Origin: the human T2T-CHM13v2.0 reference genome, Homo sapiens
NCBI RefSeq assembly: GCF_009914755.1
Contig: NC_060939.1
Direction: 5' to 3' (one strand)
Length of the DNA: 64,000 bases
The position numbers were made by a program, and so were the translations under genes. The notes below the pieces were generated by a model, which was given only the letters and a program-made list of their open reading frames with translations, was not told the DNA's origin and ran no database searches. Of the stretch, positions 1 to 13,000 are shown in pieces; position 1 is the first letter of the stretch; each line of letters begins with the position of its first letter.

Positions 1-1706
1 AATACATTCAATTCCATTCCATCCGATTCCATTACATTCTTTTCATTTCTTATCCATTTCAAGCCATTCCACTCCATTCCATTCCACTCGTTTCCTTTCC
101 ATTCGAGTCCATTCCTCTCCAGTCCATTCCGTTCAATCCATTCCATTCCAGTCCATTCCATTCGAGTCCGTTCCATTCCAGTCCATTCCATCCGAGTCAA
201 TTCCATCCCATTCGATGTCTTTCCATAACGATCCATTCCATTCTATTCCTTTCGATTCCATTCCATTCTATTTCATTCCATTCCATTCCCTTCCATTGGA
301 CTCCTTTCCATTCGAGTGCATTCCATTCCGTTCCATTTCTTTCCGTTCTGTACGATTCCTACCGTTCGATTTCATTTTGTTCCAGTCCATTCCTTTCGCG
401 TCCATTCCATTCCATTTCACTCCATTCGATTCCATTCCACTCGATTCCACTTCGTTCCATTTCATTGCATTCCATTCTATTCAACTCTATTGCCTTCCAT
501 TCCATTCCATTCGATTACATTCCATGCGATTCCATTCGAAATCGAATCAATTACATTGCAATCCATTACTATTGAGTCCATTTTATTCCAGTCCACTGCA
601 TTCTGGTCCATTCCATTTGATTCCATTCCATTCTATTCCATTCCATAAAGTTGCATTCCATTGGATTCCAATCTATATCTATAAATTCAATTCGAGACCA
701 TTGCTTTTGAGTCCATTCTATATGATTCCATTCCATTCAAGTCCATTACATTTGGTTCAATTCCATTCCATTCCATTCCCTTCCATTCCATTCCAGTTGA
801 TATCAATCCATTCGATTCCATTCCATTCGAGCACATTCCATTCGAGTCCATTCCATTCGATGCCATTCCATTTGATTCTATTCCATTAGTCTCCATTCAA
901 TTCCATTAATCTCCATTCCATTCCATTCTACTCCAACTGATTCCATTCCAGTCTATTCCTTTTTATTCCATTTCATTCCATTCCATTCCATTCCATTCCA
1001 TTCCATTCGTGTCCATTCCACTCCAGTCCATTCCATTCGTATCCATTCCATTCCAGTCCATTCCATTTGTGTCCACTGCATTCCATTCCACTCCATTCCA
1101 TATTATTCCATTACACTCCATTCCATTCTATTACTTTCATTTCCATTCAATTCCATTCCATTTGATTCCATTCCACTCGGTTTCATTCCATTTGAGTCCA
1201 CTCCATTCCATTCCATTCCATTCAGTTCCATTCCATTCTGTTCCATTCCATTCCGTTCCATTACATTCCATTCCATTCGGTACCATTCCATATTGTTCCA
1301 TTCGATTCCATTCGAATCCATTCCATTCCAGTCCATTCCATTCGATTCCATTCCATTCATTTCAATTCCATTCCATTCCATTCCATTACATTCCACTTGA
1401 TTCCTCTCCATTCCCTTCCACTGCATTCCGTTCGATTCCATTCCATTGCATTGCATTCCATTCCATTGGATTGCATTCCATTCGATTCCATTCCATTCGA
1501 ATCAATTACATAGCAATCCATTACATTCGAGTCTATTCTCTTCCGTTCCATTCGATTTCGTTCCAATCCATTCGATTCCATTCCTTTCGATTCCATTCCA
1601 TACTATTGCATTCCATTCGATTACATTATATTCGAATAAGTTCCATTCAAGACCATTTCTTTTGAGTCCATTCTATTTGAGTCCATTCCCTTTGATTCCA
1701 TAACAT
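1..1706 (+). repeat. Subtype A unit U0 (partial)
   Basis: Has tCCtttcgcg at 391-400 and a single ggttcaattccatt copy at ~754. Inferred full length is 1784 bp. Confidence 0.85.
1279..1284. other. KpnI site (GGTACC), once-per-unit landmark (representative copy)
   Basis: cattcGGTACCattcc at 1279, 3102, 6655 and onward once per unit. It is mutated to GATACC at 4881 in U2. Confidence 0.95.
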
Positions 1707-3529
1707 TTGAGTCCATTCAATTCCATTCCTTTCGTTTCCATTCCATTTGATGCCATTCCATTCAATTCTGTTCTACTCGACTCCAACACATTCAATTCCA
1801 TTCCATCCGATTCCCATACATTCTTTTCATTTCTTATCCATTTCAAGCCATTCCACTCCATTCCATTCCACTCGTTTCCTTTCCATTCGAGTCCATTCCT
1901 CTCCAGTCCATTCCGTTCAATCCATTCCATTCCAGTCCATTCCATTCGAGTCCGTTCCATTCCAGTCCATTCCATTCGAGTCAATTCCATTCCATTCGAT
2001 GTCTTTCCATAACGATCCATTCCATTCTATTCCTTTCGATTCCATTCCATTCTATTTCATTCCATTCGATTCCCTTCCATTGGACTCCTTTCCATTCGAG
2101 TGCATTCCATTCCGTTCCATTTCTTTCCGTTCTGTACGATTCCTACCGTTCGATTTCATTTTGTTCCAGTCCATTCTTTCGCGTCCATTCCATTCCATTT
2201 CACTCCATTCGATTCCATTCCACTCGATTCCACTTCGTTCCATTTCATTGCATTCCATTCTATTCAACTCTATTGCCTTCCATTCCATTCCATTCGATTA
2301 CATTCCATGCGATTCCATTCGAAATCGAATCAATTACATTGCAATCCATTACTATTGAGTCCGTTTTATTCCAGTCCACTGCATTCTGGTCCATTCCATT
2401 TGATTCCATTCCATTCTATTCCATTCCATACAGTTGCATTCCATTGGATTCCATGCTATATCTATAAATTCAATTCGAGACCATTGCTTTTGAGTCCATT
2501 CTATATGATTCCATTCCATTCAAGTCCATTACATTTGGTTAAATTCCATTCCATTCGGTTCAACTCCATTCCATTCCATTCCCTTCCATTCCATTCCAGT
2601 TGATATCAATCCATTCGATTCCATTCCATTCGAGCACATTCCATTCGAGTCCATTCCATTCGATGCCATTCCATTTGATTCTATTCCATTAGTCTCCATT
2701 CAATTCCATTAATCTCCATTCCATTCCATTCTACTCCAACTGATTCCATTCCATTCTATTCCTTTCCATTCCATTTCATTCCATTCCATTCCATTCCATT
2801 CCATTCCATTCCATTCCATTCCATTCCATTCGTGTCCATTCCACTCCAGTCCATTCCATTCGTATCCATTCCATTCCAGTCCATTCCATTTGTGTCCACT
2901 GCATTCCATTCCACTCCATTCTATATTATACCATTACACTCCATTCCATTCTATTACTTTCATTTCCATTCAATTCCATTCCATTTGATTCCATTCCACT
3001 CGGTTTCATTCCATTTGAGTCCACTCCATTCCATTCCATTCCATTCAGTTCCATTCCATTCTGTTCCATTCCATTCCGTTCCATTACATTCCATTCCATT
3101 CGGTACCATTCCATATTGTTCCATTCGATTCCATTCGAATCCATTCCATTCCAGTCCATTCCATTCGATTCCATTCCATTCATTTCAATTCCATTCCATT
3201 CCATTCCATTCCATTCCACTTGATTCCTCTCCATTCCCTTCCACTGCATTCCGTTCGATTCCATTCCATTGCATTGCATTCCATTCCATTGGATTGCATT
3301 CCATTCGATTCCATTCCATTCGAATCAATTACATAGCAATCCATTACATTCGAGTCTATTCTCTTCCGTTCCATTCGATTTCGTTCCAATCCATTCGATT
3401 CCATTCCATTCGATTCCATTCCATACTATTGCATTCCATTCGATTACATTATATTCGAATAAGTTCCATTCAAGACCATTTCTTTTGAGTCCATTCTATT
3501 TGAGTCCATTCCCTTTGATTCCATAACAT
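1707..3529 (+). repeat. Subtype B unit U1 (1823 bp)
   Basis: Has the 1 bp deletion (tCtttcgcg, ~2175), the 20 bp duplication at ~2537-2576 and a (CCATT)10 tract. Confidence 0.85.
2781..2830 (+). repeat. Pure (CCATT)10 tract, longest allele of the variable-length site within the unit
   Basis: Ten perfect CCATT copies between tcatt and cgtgt. The modal allele elsewhere is 6 copies. Confidence 0.9.
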
Positions 3530-6500
3530 TTGAGTCCATTCAATTCCATTCCTTTCGTTTCCATTCCATTTGATGCCATTCCATTCAATTCTGTTCTACT
3601 CGACTCCAATACATTCAATTCCATTCCATCCGATTCCATTACATTCTTTTCATTTCTTATCCATTTCAAGCCATTCCACTCCATTCCATTCCACTCGTTT
3701 CCTTTCCATTCGAGTCCATTCCTCTCCAGTCCATTCCGTTCAATCCATTCCATTCCAGTCCATTCCATTCGAGTCCGTTCCATTCCAGTCCATTCCATTC
3801 GAGTCAATTCCATCCCATTCGATGTCTTTCCATAACGATCCATTCCATTCTATTCCTTTCGATTCCATTCCATTCTATTTCATTCCATTCGATTCCCTTC
3901 CATTGGACTCCTTTCCATTCGAGTGCATTCCATTCCGTTCCATTTCTTTCCGTTCTGTACGATTCCTACCGTTCGATTTCATTTTGTTCCAGTCCATTCC
4001 TTTCGCGTCCATTCCATTCCATTTCACTCCATTCGATTCCATTCCACTCGATTCCACTTCGTTCCATTTCATTGCATTCCATTCTATTCAAATCTATTGC
4101 CTTCCATTCCATTCCATTCGATTACATTCCATGCGATTCCATTCGAAATCGAATCAATTACATTGCAATCCATTACTATTGAGTCCATTTTATTCCAGTC
4201 CACTGCATTCTGGTCCATTCCATTTGATTCCATTCCATTCTATTCCATTCCATACAGTTGCATTCCATTGGATTCCAATCTATATCTATAAATTCAATTC
4301 GAGACCATTGCTTTTGAGTCCATTCTATATGATTCCATTCCATTCAAGTCCATTACATTTGGTTCAATTCCATTCCATTCCATTCCCTTCCATTCCATTC
4401 CAGTTGATATCAATCCATTCGATTCCATTCCATTCGAGCACATTCCATTCGAGTCCATTCCATTCGATGCCATTCCATTTGATTCTATTCCATTAGTCTC
4501 CATTCAATTCCATTAATCTCCATTCCATTCCATTCTACTCCAACTGATTCCATTCCATTCTATTCCTTTCCATTCCATTTCATTCCATTCCATTCCATTT
4601 CATTCCATTCCATTCCATTCGTGTCCATTCCACTCCAGTCCATTCCATTCGTGTCCATTCCATTCCAGTCCATTCCATTTGTGTCCACTGCATTCCATTC
4701 CACTCCATTCCATATTATTCCATTACACTCCATTCCATTCTATTACTTTCATTTCCATTCAATTCCATTCCATTTGATTCCATTCCACTCGGTTTCATTA
4801 CATTTGAGTCCACTCCATTCCATTCCATTAAATTCCATTCAGTTCCATTCCATTCCGTTCCATTACATTCCATTCCATTCGATACCATTCCATATTGTTC
4901 CATTCGATTCCATTCGAATCCATTCCATTCCAGTCCATTCCATTCGATTCCATTCCATTCATTTCAATTCCATTCCATTCCATTCCATTCCATTCCACTT
5001 GATTCCTCTCCATTCCCTTCCACTGCATTCCGTTCGATTCCATTCCATTGCATTGCATTCCATTCCATTGGATTGCATTCCATTCGATTCCATTCCATTC
5101 GAATCAATTACATAGCAATCCATTACATTCGAGTCTATTCTATTCCGTTCCATTCGATTTCGTTCCAATCCATTGGATTCCATTCCATTCGATTCCATTC
5201 CATACTATTGCATTCCATTCGATTACATTATATTCGAATAAGTTCCATTCAAGACCATTTCTTTTGAGTCCATTCTATTTGAGTCCATTCCCTTTGATTC
5301 CATAACATTTGAGTCCATTCAATTCCATTCCTTTCGTTTCCATTCCATTTGATGCCATTCCATTCAATTCTGTTCTACTCGACTCCAATACATTCAATTC
5401 CATTCCATCCGATTCCATTACATTCTTTTCATTTCTTATCCATTTCAAGCCATTCCACTCCATTCCATTCCACTCGTTTCCTTTCCATTCGAGTCCATTC
5501 CTCTCCAGTCCATTCCGTTCAATCCATTCCATTCCAGTCCATTCCATTCGAGTCCGTTCCATTCCAGTCCATTCCATTCGAGTCAATTCCATCCCATTCG
5601 ATGTCTTTCCATAACGATCCATTCCATTCTATTCCTTTCGATTCCATTCCATTCTATTTCATTCCATTCGATTCCCTTCCATTGGACTCCTTTCCATTCG
5701 AGTGCATTCCATTCCGTTCCATTTCTTTCCGTTCTGTACGATTCCTACCGTTCGATTTCATTTTGTTCCAGTCCATTCCTTTCGCGTCCATTCCATTCCA
5801 TTTCACTCCATTCGATTCCATTCCACTCGATTCCACTTCGTTCCATTTCATTGCATTCCATTCTATTCAACTCTATTGTCTTCCATTCCATTCCATTCGA
5901 TTACATTCCATGCGATTCCATTCGAAATCGAATCAATTACATTGCAATCCATTACTATTGAGTCCGTTTTATTCCAGTCCACTGCATTCTGGTCCATTCC
6001 ATTTGATTCCATTCCATTCTATTCCATTCCATACAGTTGCATTCCATTGGATTCCATTGTATATCTATAAATTCAATTCGAGACCATTGCTTTTGAGTCC
6101 ATTCTATATGATTCCATTCCATTCAAGTCCATTACATTTGGTTCAATTCCATTCCATTCCATTCCCTTCCATTCCATTCCAGTTGATATCAATCCATTCG
6201 ATTCCATTCCATTCGAGCACATTCCATTCGAGTCCATTCCATTCGATGCCATTCCATTTGATTCTATTCCATTAGTCTCCATTCAATTCCATTAATCTCC
6301 ATTCCATTCCATTCTACTCCAACTGATTCCATTCCATTCTATTCCTTTCCATTCCATTTCATTCCATTCCATTCCATTCCATTCCATTCGCTTCCATTCC
6401 ATTCATGTCCATTGCATTCCAGTCCATTCCATTTGTGTCCACTGCATTCCATTCCACTCCATTCCATATTATTCCATTACACTCCATTCCATTCTATTAC

Positions 6501-7062
6501 TTTCATTTCCATTGAATTCCATTCCATTTGATTCCATTCCACTCGGTTTCATTCCATTTGAGTCCACTCCACTCCATTCCATTCCATTCCATTCCATTCA
6601 GTTCCATTCCATTCTGTTCCATTCCATTCCGTTCCATTGCATTCCATTCCATTCGGTACCATTCCATATTGTTCCATTCGATTCCATTCGAATCCATTCC
6701 ATTCCAGTCCATTCCATTCGATTCCATTCCATTCCTTTCAATTCTATTCCATTCCATTCCATTCCACTTGATTCCACTCCATTCCCTTCCACTGCATTCC
6801 ATTGCATTGCATTCCATTCCATTGGACTGCATTCCATTCGATTCCATTCCATTCGAATCAATTACATAGCAATCCATTACATTCGAGTCTATTCTATTCC
6901 GTTCCATTCGATTTCGTTCCAATCCATTCGATTCCATTCCATTCGATTCCATTCCATACTATTGCATTCCATTCGATTACATTATATTCGAATAAGTTCC
7001 ATTCAAGACCATTTCTTTTGAGTCCATTCTATTTGAGTCCATTCCCTTTGATTCCATAACAT
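3530..7062 (+). repeat. Subtype A units U2-U3 (1779 and 1754 bp), carrying divergent patches
   Basis: The 308 aa read-through ORFs at 3570 and 5349 mark absence of the 1 bp deletion. There is no 20 bp duplication. Confidence 0.85.
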
Positions 7063-10000
7063 TTGAGTCCATTCAATTCCATTCCTTTCGTTTCCATTCC
7101 ATTTGATGCCATTCCATTCAATTCTGTTCTACTCGACTCCAATACATTCAATTCCATTCCATCCGATTCCATTACATTCTTTTCATTTCTTATCCATTTC
7201 AAGCCATTCCACTCCATTCCATTCCACTCGTTTCCTTTCCATGCGAGTCCATTCCTCTCCAGTCCATTCCGTTCAATCCATTCCATTCCAGTCCATTCCA
7301 TTCGAGTCCGTTCCATTCCAGTCCATTCCATTCGAGTCAATTCCATCCCATTCGATGTCTTTCCATAACGATCCATTCCATTCTATTCCTTTCGATTCCA
7401 TTCCATTCTATTTCATTCCATTCGATTCCCTTCCATTGGACTCCTTTCCATTCGAGTGCATTCCATTCCGTTCCATTTCTTTCCGTTCTGTACGATTCCT
7501 ACCGTTCGATTTCATTTTCTTCCAGTCCATTCTTTCGCGTCCATTCCATTCCATTTCACTCCATTCGATTCCATTCCACTCGATTCCACTTCGTTCCATT
7601 TCATTGCATTCCATTCTATTCAACTCTATTGCCTTCCATTCCATTCCATTCGATTACATTTCTTGCGATTCCATTCAAAATCAAATCAATTACATTGCAA
7701 TCCATTACTATTGAGTCCGTTTTATTCCAGTCCACTGCATTCTGGTCCATTCCATTTGATTCCATTCCATTCTATTCCATTCCATACAGTTGCATTCCAT
7801 TGGATTCCATGCTATATCTATAAATTCAATTCGAGACCATTGCTTTTGAGTCCATTCTATATGATTCCATTCCATTCAAGTCCATTACATTTGGTTAAAT
7901 TCCATTCCATTCGGTTCAATTCCATTCCATTCCATTCCCTTCCATTCCATTCCAGTTGATATCAATCCATTCGATTCCATTCCATTCGAGCACATTCCAT
8001 TCGAGTCCATTCCATTCGATGCCATTCCATTTGATTCTATTCCATTAGTCTCCATTCAATTCCATTAATCTCCATTCCATTCCATTCTACTCCAACTGAT
8101 TCCATTCCATTCTATTCCTTTCCATTCCATTTCATTCCATTCCATTCCATTCCATTCCATTCCATTCGTGTCCATTCCACTCCAGTCCATTCCATTCGTA
8201 TCCATTCCATTCCAGTCCATTCCATTTGTGTCCACTGCATTCCATTCCACTCCATTCCATATTATTCCATTACACTCCATTCCATTCTATTACTTTCATT
8301 TCCATTCAATTCCATTCCATTTGATTCCATTCCACTCGGTTTCATTCCATTTGAGTCCACTCCATTCCATTCCATTCCATTCAGTTCCATTCCATTCTGT
8401 TCCATTCCATTCCGTTCCATTACATTCCATTCCATTCGGTACCATTCCATATTGTTCCATTCGATTCCATTCGAATCCATTCCATTCCAGTCCATTCCAT
8501 TCGATTCCATTCCATTCATTTCAATTCCATTCCATTCCATTCCATTACATTCCACTTGATTCCTCTCCATTCCCTTCCACTGCATTCCGTTCGATTCCAT
8601 TCCATTGCATTGCATTCCATTCCATTGGATTGCATTCCATTCGATTCCATTCCATTCGAATCAATTACATAGCAATCCATTACATTCGAGTCTATTCTCT
8701 TCCGTTCCATTCGATTTCGTTCCAATCCATTCGATTCCATTCCATTCGATTCCATTCCATACTATTGCATTCCATTCGATTACATTATATTCGAATAAGT
8801 TCCATTCAAGACCATTTCTTTTGAGTCCATTCTATTTGAGTCCATTCCCTTTGATTCCATAACATTTGAGTCCATTCAATTCCATTCCTTTCGTTTCCAT
8901 TCCATTTGATGCCATTCCATTCAATTCTGTTCTACTCGACTCCAATACATTCAATTCCATTCCATCCGATTCCATTACATTCTTTTCATTTCTTATCCAT
9001 TTCAAGCCATTCCACTCCATTCCATTCCACTCGTTTCCTTTCCATTCGAGTCCATTCCTCTCCAGTCCATTCCGTTCAATCCATTCCATTCCAGTCCATT
9101 CCATTCGAGTCCGTTCCATTCCAGTCCATTCCATTCGAGTCAATTCCATTCCATTCGATGTCTTTCCATAACGATCCATTCCATTCTATTCCTTTCGATT
9201 CCATTCCATTCTATTTCATTCCATTCGATTCCCTTCCATTGGACTCCTTTCCATTCGAGTGCATTCCATTCCGTTCCATTTCTTTCCGTTCTGTACGATT
9301 CCTACCGTTCGATTTCATTTTGTTCCAGTCCATTCTTTCGCGTCCATTCCATTCCATTTCACTCCATTCGATTCCATTCCACTCGATTCCACTTCGTTCC
9401 ATTTCATTGCATTCCATTCTATTCAACTCTATTGCCTTCCATTCCATTCCATTCGATTACATTCCATGCGATTCCATTCGAAATCGAATCAATTACATTG
9501 CAATCCATTACTATTGAGTCCGTTTTATTCCAGTCCACTGCATTCTGGTCCATTCCATTTGATTCCATTCCATTCTATTCCATTCCATACAGTTGCATTC
9601 CATTGGATTCCATGCTATATCTATAAATTCAATTCGAGACCATTGCTTTTGAGTCCATTCTATATGATTCCATTCCATTCAAGTCCATTACATTTGGTTA
9701 AATTCCATTCCATTCGGTTCAATTCCATTCCATTCCATTCCCTTCCATTCCATTCCAGTTGATATCAATCCATTCGATTCCATTCCATTCGAGCACATTC
9801 CATTCGAGTCCATTCCATTCGATGCCATTCCATTTGATTCTATTCCATTAGTCTCCATTCAATTCCATTAATCTCCATTCCATTCCATTCTACTCCAACT
9901 GATTCCATTCCATTCTATTCCTTTTTATTCCATTTCATTCCATTCCATTCCATTCCATTCCATTCCATTCGTGTCCATTCCACTCCAGTCCATTCCATTC

Positions 10001-13000
10001 GTATCCATTCCATTCCAGTCCATTCCATGTGTGTCCACTGCATTCCATTCCACTCCATTCCATATTATTCCATTACACTCCATTCCATTCTATTACTTTC
10101 ATTTCCATTCAATTCCATTCCATTTGATTCCACTCCACTCGGTTTCATTCCATTTGAGTCCACTCCATTCCATTCCATTCCATTCAGTTCCATTCCATTC
10201 TGTTCCATTCCATTCCGTTCCATTACATTCCATTCCATTCGGTACCATTCCATATTGTTCCATTCGATTCCATTCGAATCCATTCCATTCCAGTCCATTC
10301 CATTCGATTCCATTCCATTCATTTCAATTCCATTCCATTCCATTCCATTCCATTCCACTTGATTCCTCTCCATTCCCTTCCACTGCATTCCGTTCGATTC
10401 CATTCCATTGCATTACATTCCATTCCATTGGATTGCATTCCATTCGATTCCATTCCATTCGAATCAATTACATAGCAATCCATTACATTCGAGTCTATTC
10501 TCTTCCGTTCCATTCGATTTCGTTCCAATCCATTCGATTCCATTCCATTCGATTCCATTCCATACTATTGCATTCCATTCGATTACATTATATTCGAATA
10601 AGTTCCATTCAAGACCATTTCTTTTGAGTCCATTCTATTTGAGTCCATTCCCTTTGATTCCATAACATTTGAGTCCATTCAATTCCATTCCTTTCGTTTC
10701 CATTCCATTTGATGCCATTCCATTCAATTCTGTTCTACTCGACTCCAATACATTCAATTCCATTCCATCCGATTCCATTACATTCTTTTCATTTCTTATC
10801 CATTTCAAGCCATTCCACTCCATTCCATTCCACTCGTTTCCTTTCCATTCGAGTCCATTCCTCTCCAGTCCATTCCGTTCAATCCATTCCATTCCAGTCC
10901 ATTCCATTCGAGTCCGTTCCATTCCAGTCCATTCCATTCGAGTCAATTCCATTCCATTCGATGTCTTTCCATAACGATCCATTCCATTCTATTCCTTTCG
11001 ATTCCATTCTATTCTATTTCATTCCATTCGATTCCCTTCCATTGGACTCCTTTCCATTCGAGTGCATTCCATTCCGTTCCATTTCTTTCCGTTCTGTACG
11101 ATTCCTACCGTTCAATTTCATTTTGTTCCAGTCCATTCTTTCGCGTCCATTCCATTCCATTTCACTCCATTCGATTCCATTCCACTCGATTCCACTTCGT
11201 TCCATTTCATTGCATTCCATTCTATTCAACTCTATTGCCTTCCATTCCATTCCATTCGATTACATTCCATGCGATTCCATTCGAAATCGAATCAATTACA
11301 TTGCAATCCATTACTATTGAGTCCGTTTTATTCCAGTCCACTGCATTCTGGTCCATTCCATTTGATTCCATTCCATTCTATTCCATTCCATACAGTTGCA
11401 TTCCATTGGATTCCATGCTATATCTATAAATTCAATTCGAGACCATTGCTTTTGAGTCCATTCTATATGATTCCATTCCATTCAAGTCCATTACATTTGG
11501 TTAAATTCCATTCCATTCGGTTCAATTCCATTCCATTCCATTCCCTTCCATTCCATTCCAGTTGATATCAATCCATTCGATTCCATTCCATTCGAGCACA
11601 TTCCATTCGAGTCCATTCCATTCGATGCCATTCCATTTGATTCTATTCCATTAGTCTCCATTCAATTCCATTAATCTCCATTCCATTCCATTCTACTCCA
11701 ACTGATTCCATTCCATTCTATTCCTTTTTATTCCATTTCATTCCATTCCATTCCATTCCATTCCATTCCATTCGTGTCCATTCCACTACAGTCCATTCCA
11801 TTCGTATCCATTCCATTCCAGTCCATTCCATTTGTGTCCACTGCATTCCATTCCACTCCATTCCATATTATTCCATTACACTCCATTCCATTCTATTACT
11901 TTCATTTCCATTCAATTCCATTCCATTTGATTCCATTCCACTCGGTTTCATTCCATTTGAGTCCACTCCATTCCATTCCATTCCATTCAGTTCCATTCCA
12001 TTCTGTTCCATTCCATTCCGTTCCATTACATTCCATTCCATTCGGTACCATTCCATATTGTTCCATTCGATTCCATTCGAATCCATTCCATTCCAGTCCA
12101 TTCCATTCGATTCCATTCCATTCATTTCAATTCCATTCCATTCCATTCCATTACATTCCACTTGATTCCTCTCCATTCCCTTCCACTGCATTCCGTTCGA
12201 TTCCATTCCATTGCATTGCATTCCATTCCATTGGATTGCATTCCATTCGATTCCATTCCATTCGAATCAATTACATAGCAATCCATTACATTCGAGTCTA
12301 TTCTCTTCCGTTCCATTCGATTTCGTTCCAATCCATTCGATTCCATTCCATTCGATTCCATTCCATACTATTGCATTCCATTCGATTACATTATATTCGA
12401 ATAAGTTCCATTCAAGACCATTTCTTTTGAGTCCATTCTATTTGAGTCCATTCCCTTTGATTCCATAACATTTGAGTCCATTCAATTCCATTCCTTTCGT
12501 TTCCATTCCATTTGATGCCATTCCATTCAATTCTGTTCTACTCGACTCCAATACATTCAATTCCATTCCATCCGATTCCATTACATTCTTTTCATTTCTT
12601 ATCCATTTCAAGCCATTCCACTCCATTCCATTCCACTCGTTTCCTTTCCATTCGAGTCCATTCCTCTCCAGTCCATTCCGTTCAATCCATTCCATTCCAG
12701 TCCATTCCATTCGAGTCCGTTCCATTCCAGTCCATTCCATTCGAGTCAATTCCATTCCATTCGATGTCTTTCCATAACGATCCATTCCATTCTATTCCTT
12801 TCGATTCCATTCCATTCTATTTCATTCCATTCGATTCCCTTCCATTGGACTCCTTTCCATTCGAGTGCATTCCATTCCGTTCCATTTCTTTCCGTTCTGT
12901 ACGATTCCTACCGTTCGATTTCATTTTGTTCCAGTCCATTCTTTCGCGTCCATTCCATTCCATTTCACTCCATTCGATTCCATTCCACTCGATTCCACTT

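Noticed and set aside
530-560. Canonical heat-shock element (nGAAnnTTCn) at the TTCGAA sites
   Set aside because: TTCGAA lacks the 2 nt spacer and I saw no three alternating nGAAn units. HSF1 association with HSat3 is known, but no canonical HSE is supported here.
1785-1822. Small cluster of private variants in U1 (ccaaCac, ttcCcAtac)
   Set aside because: It is a single occurrence of about three changes, which cannot be distinguished from ordinary mutation or consensus error.
3570-4496. 308 aa ORF 'intact' in A units and 'frameshifted' in B units, resembling a gene/pseudogene or phase-variation switch
   Set aside because: This is simply the consequence of the 1 bp subtype indel in stop-poor satellite. 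Nothing suggests coding selection.
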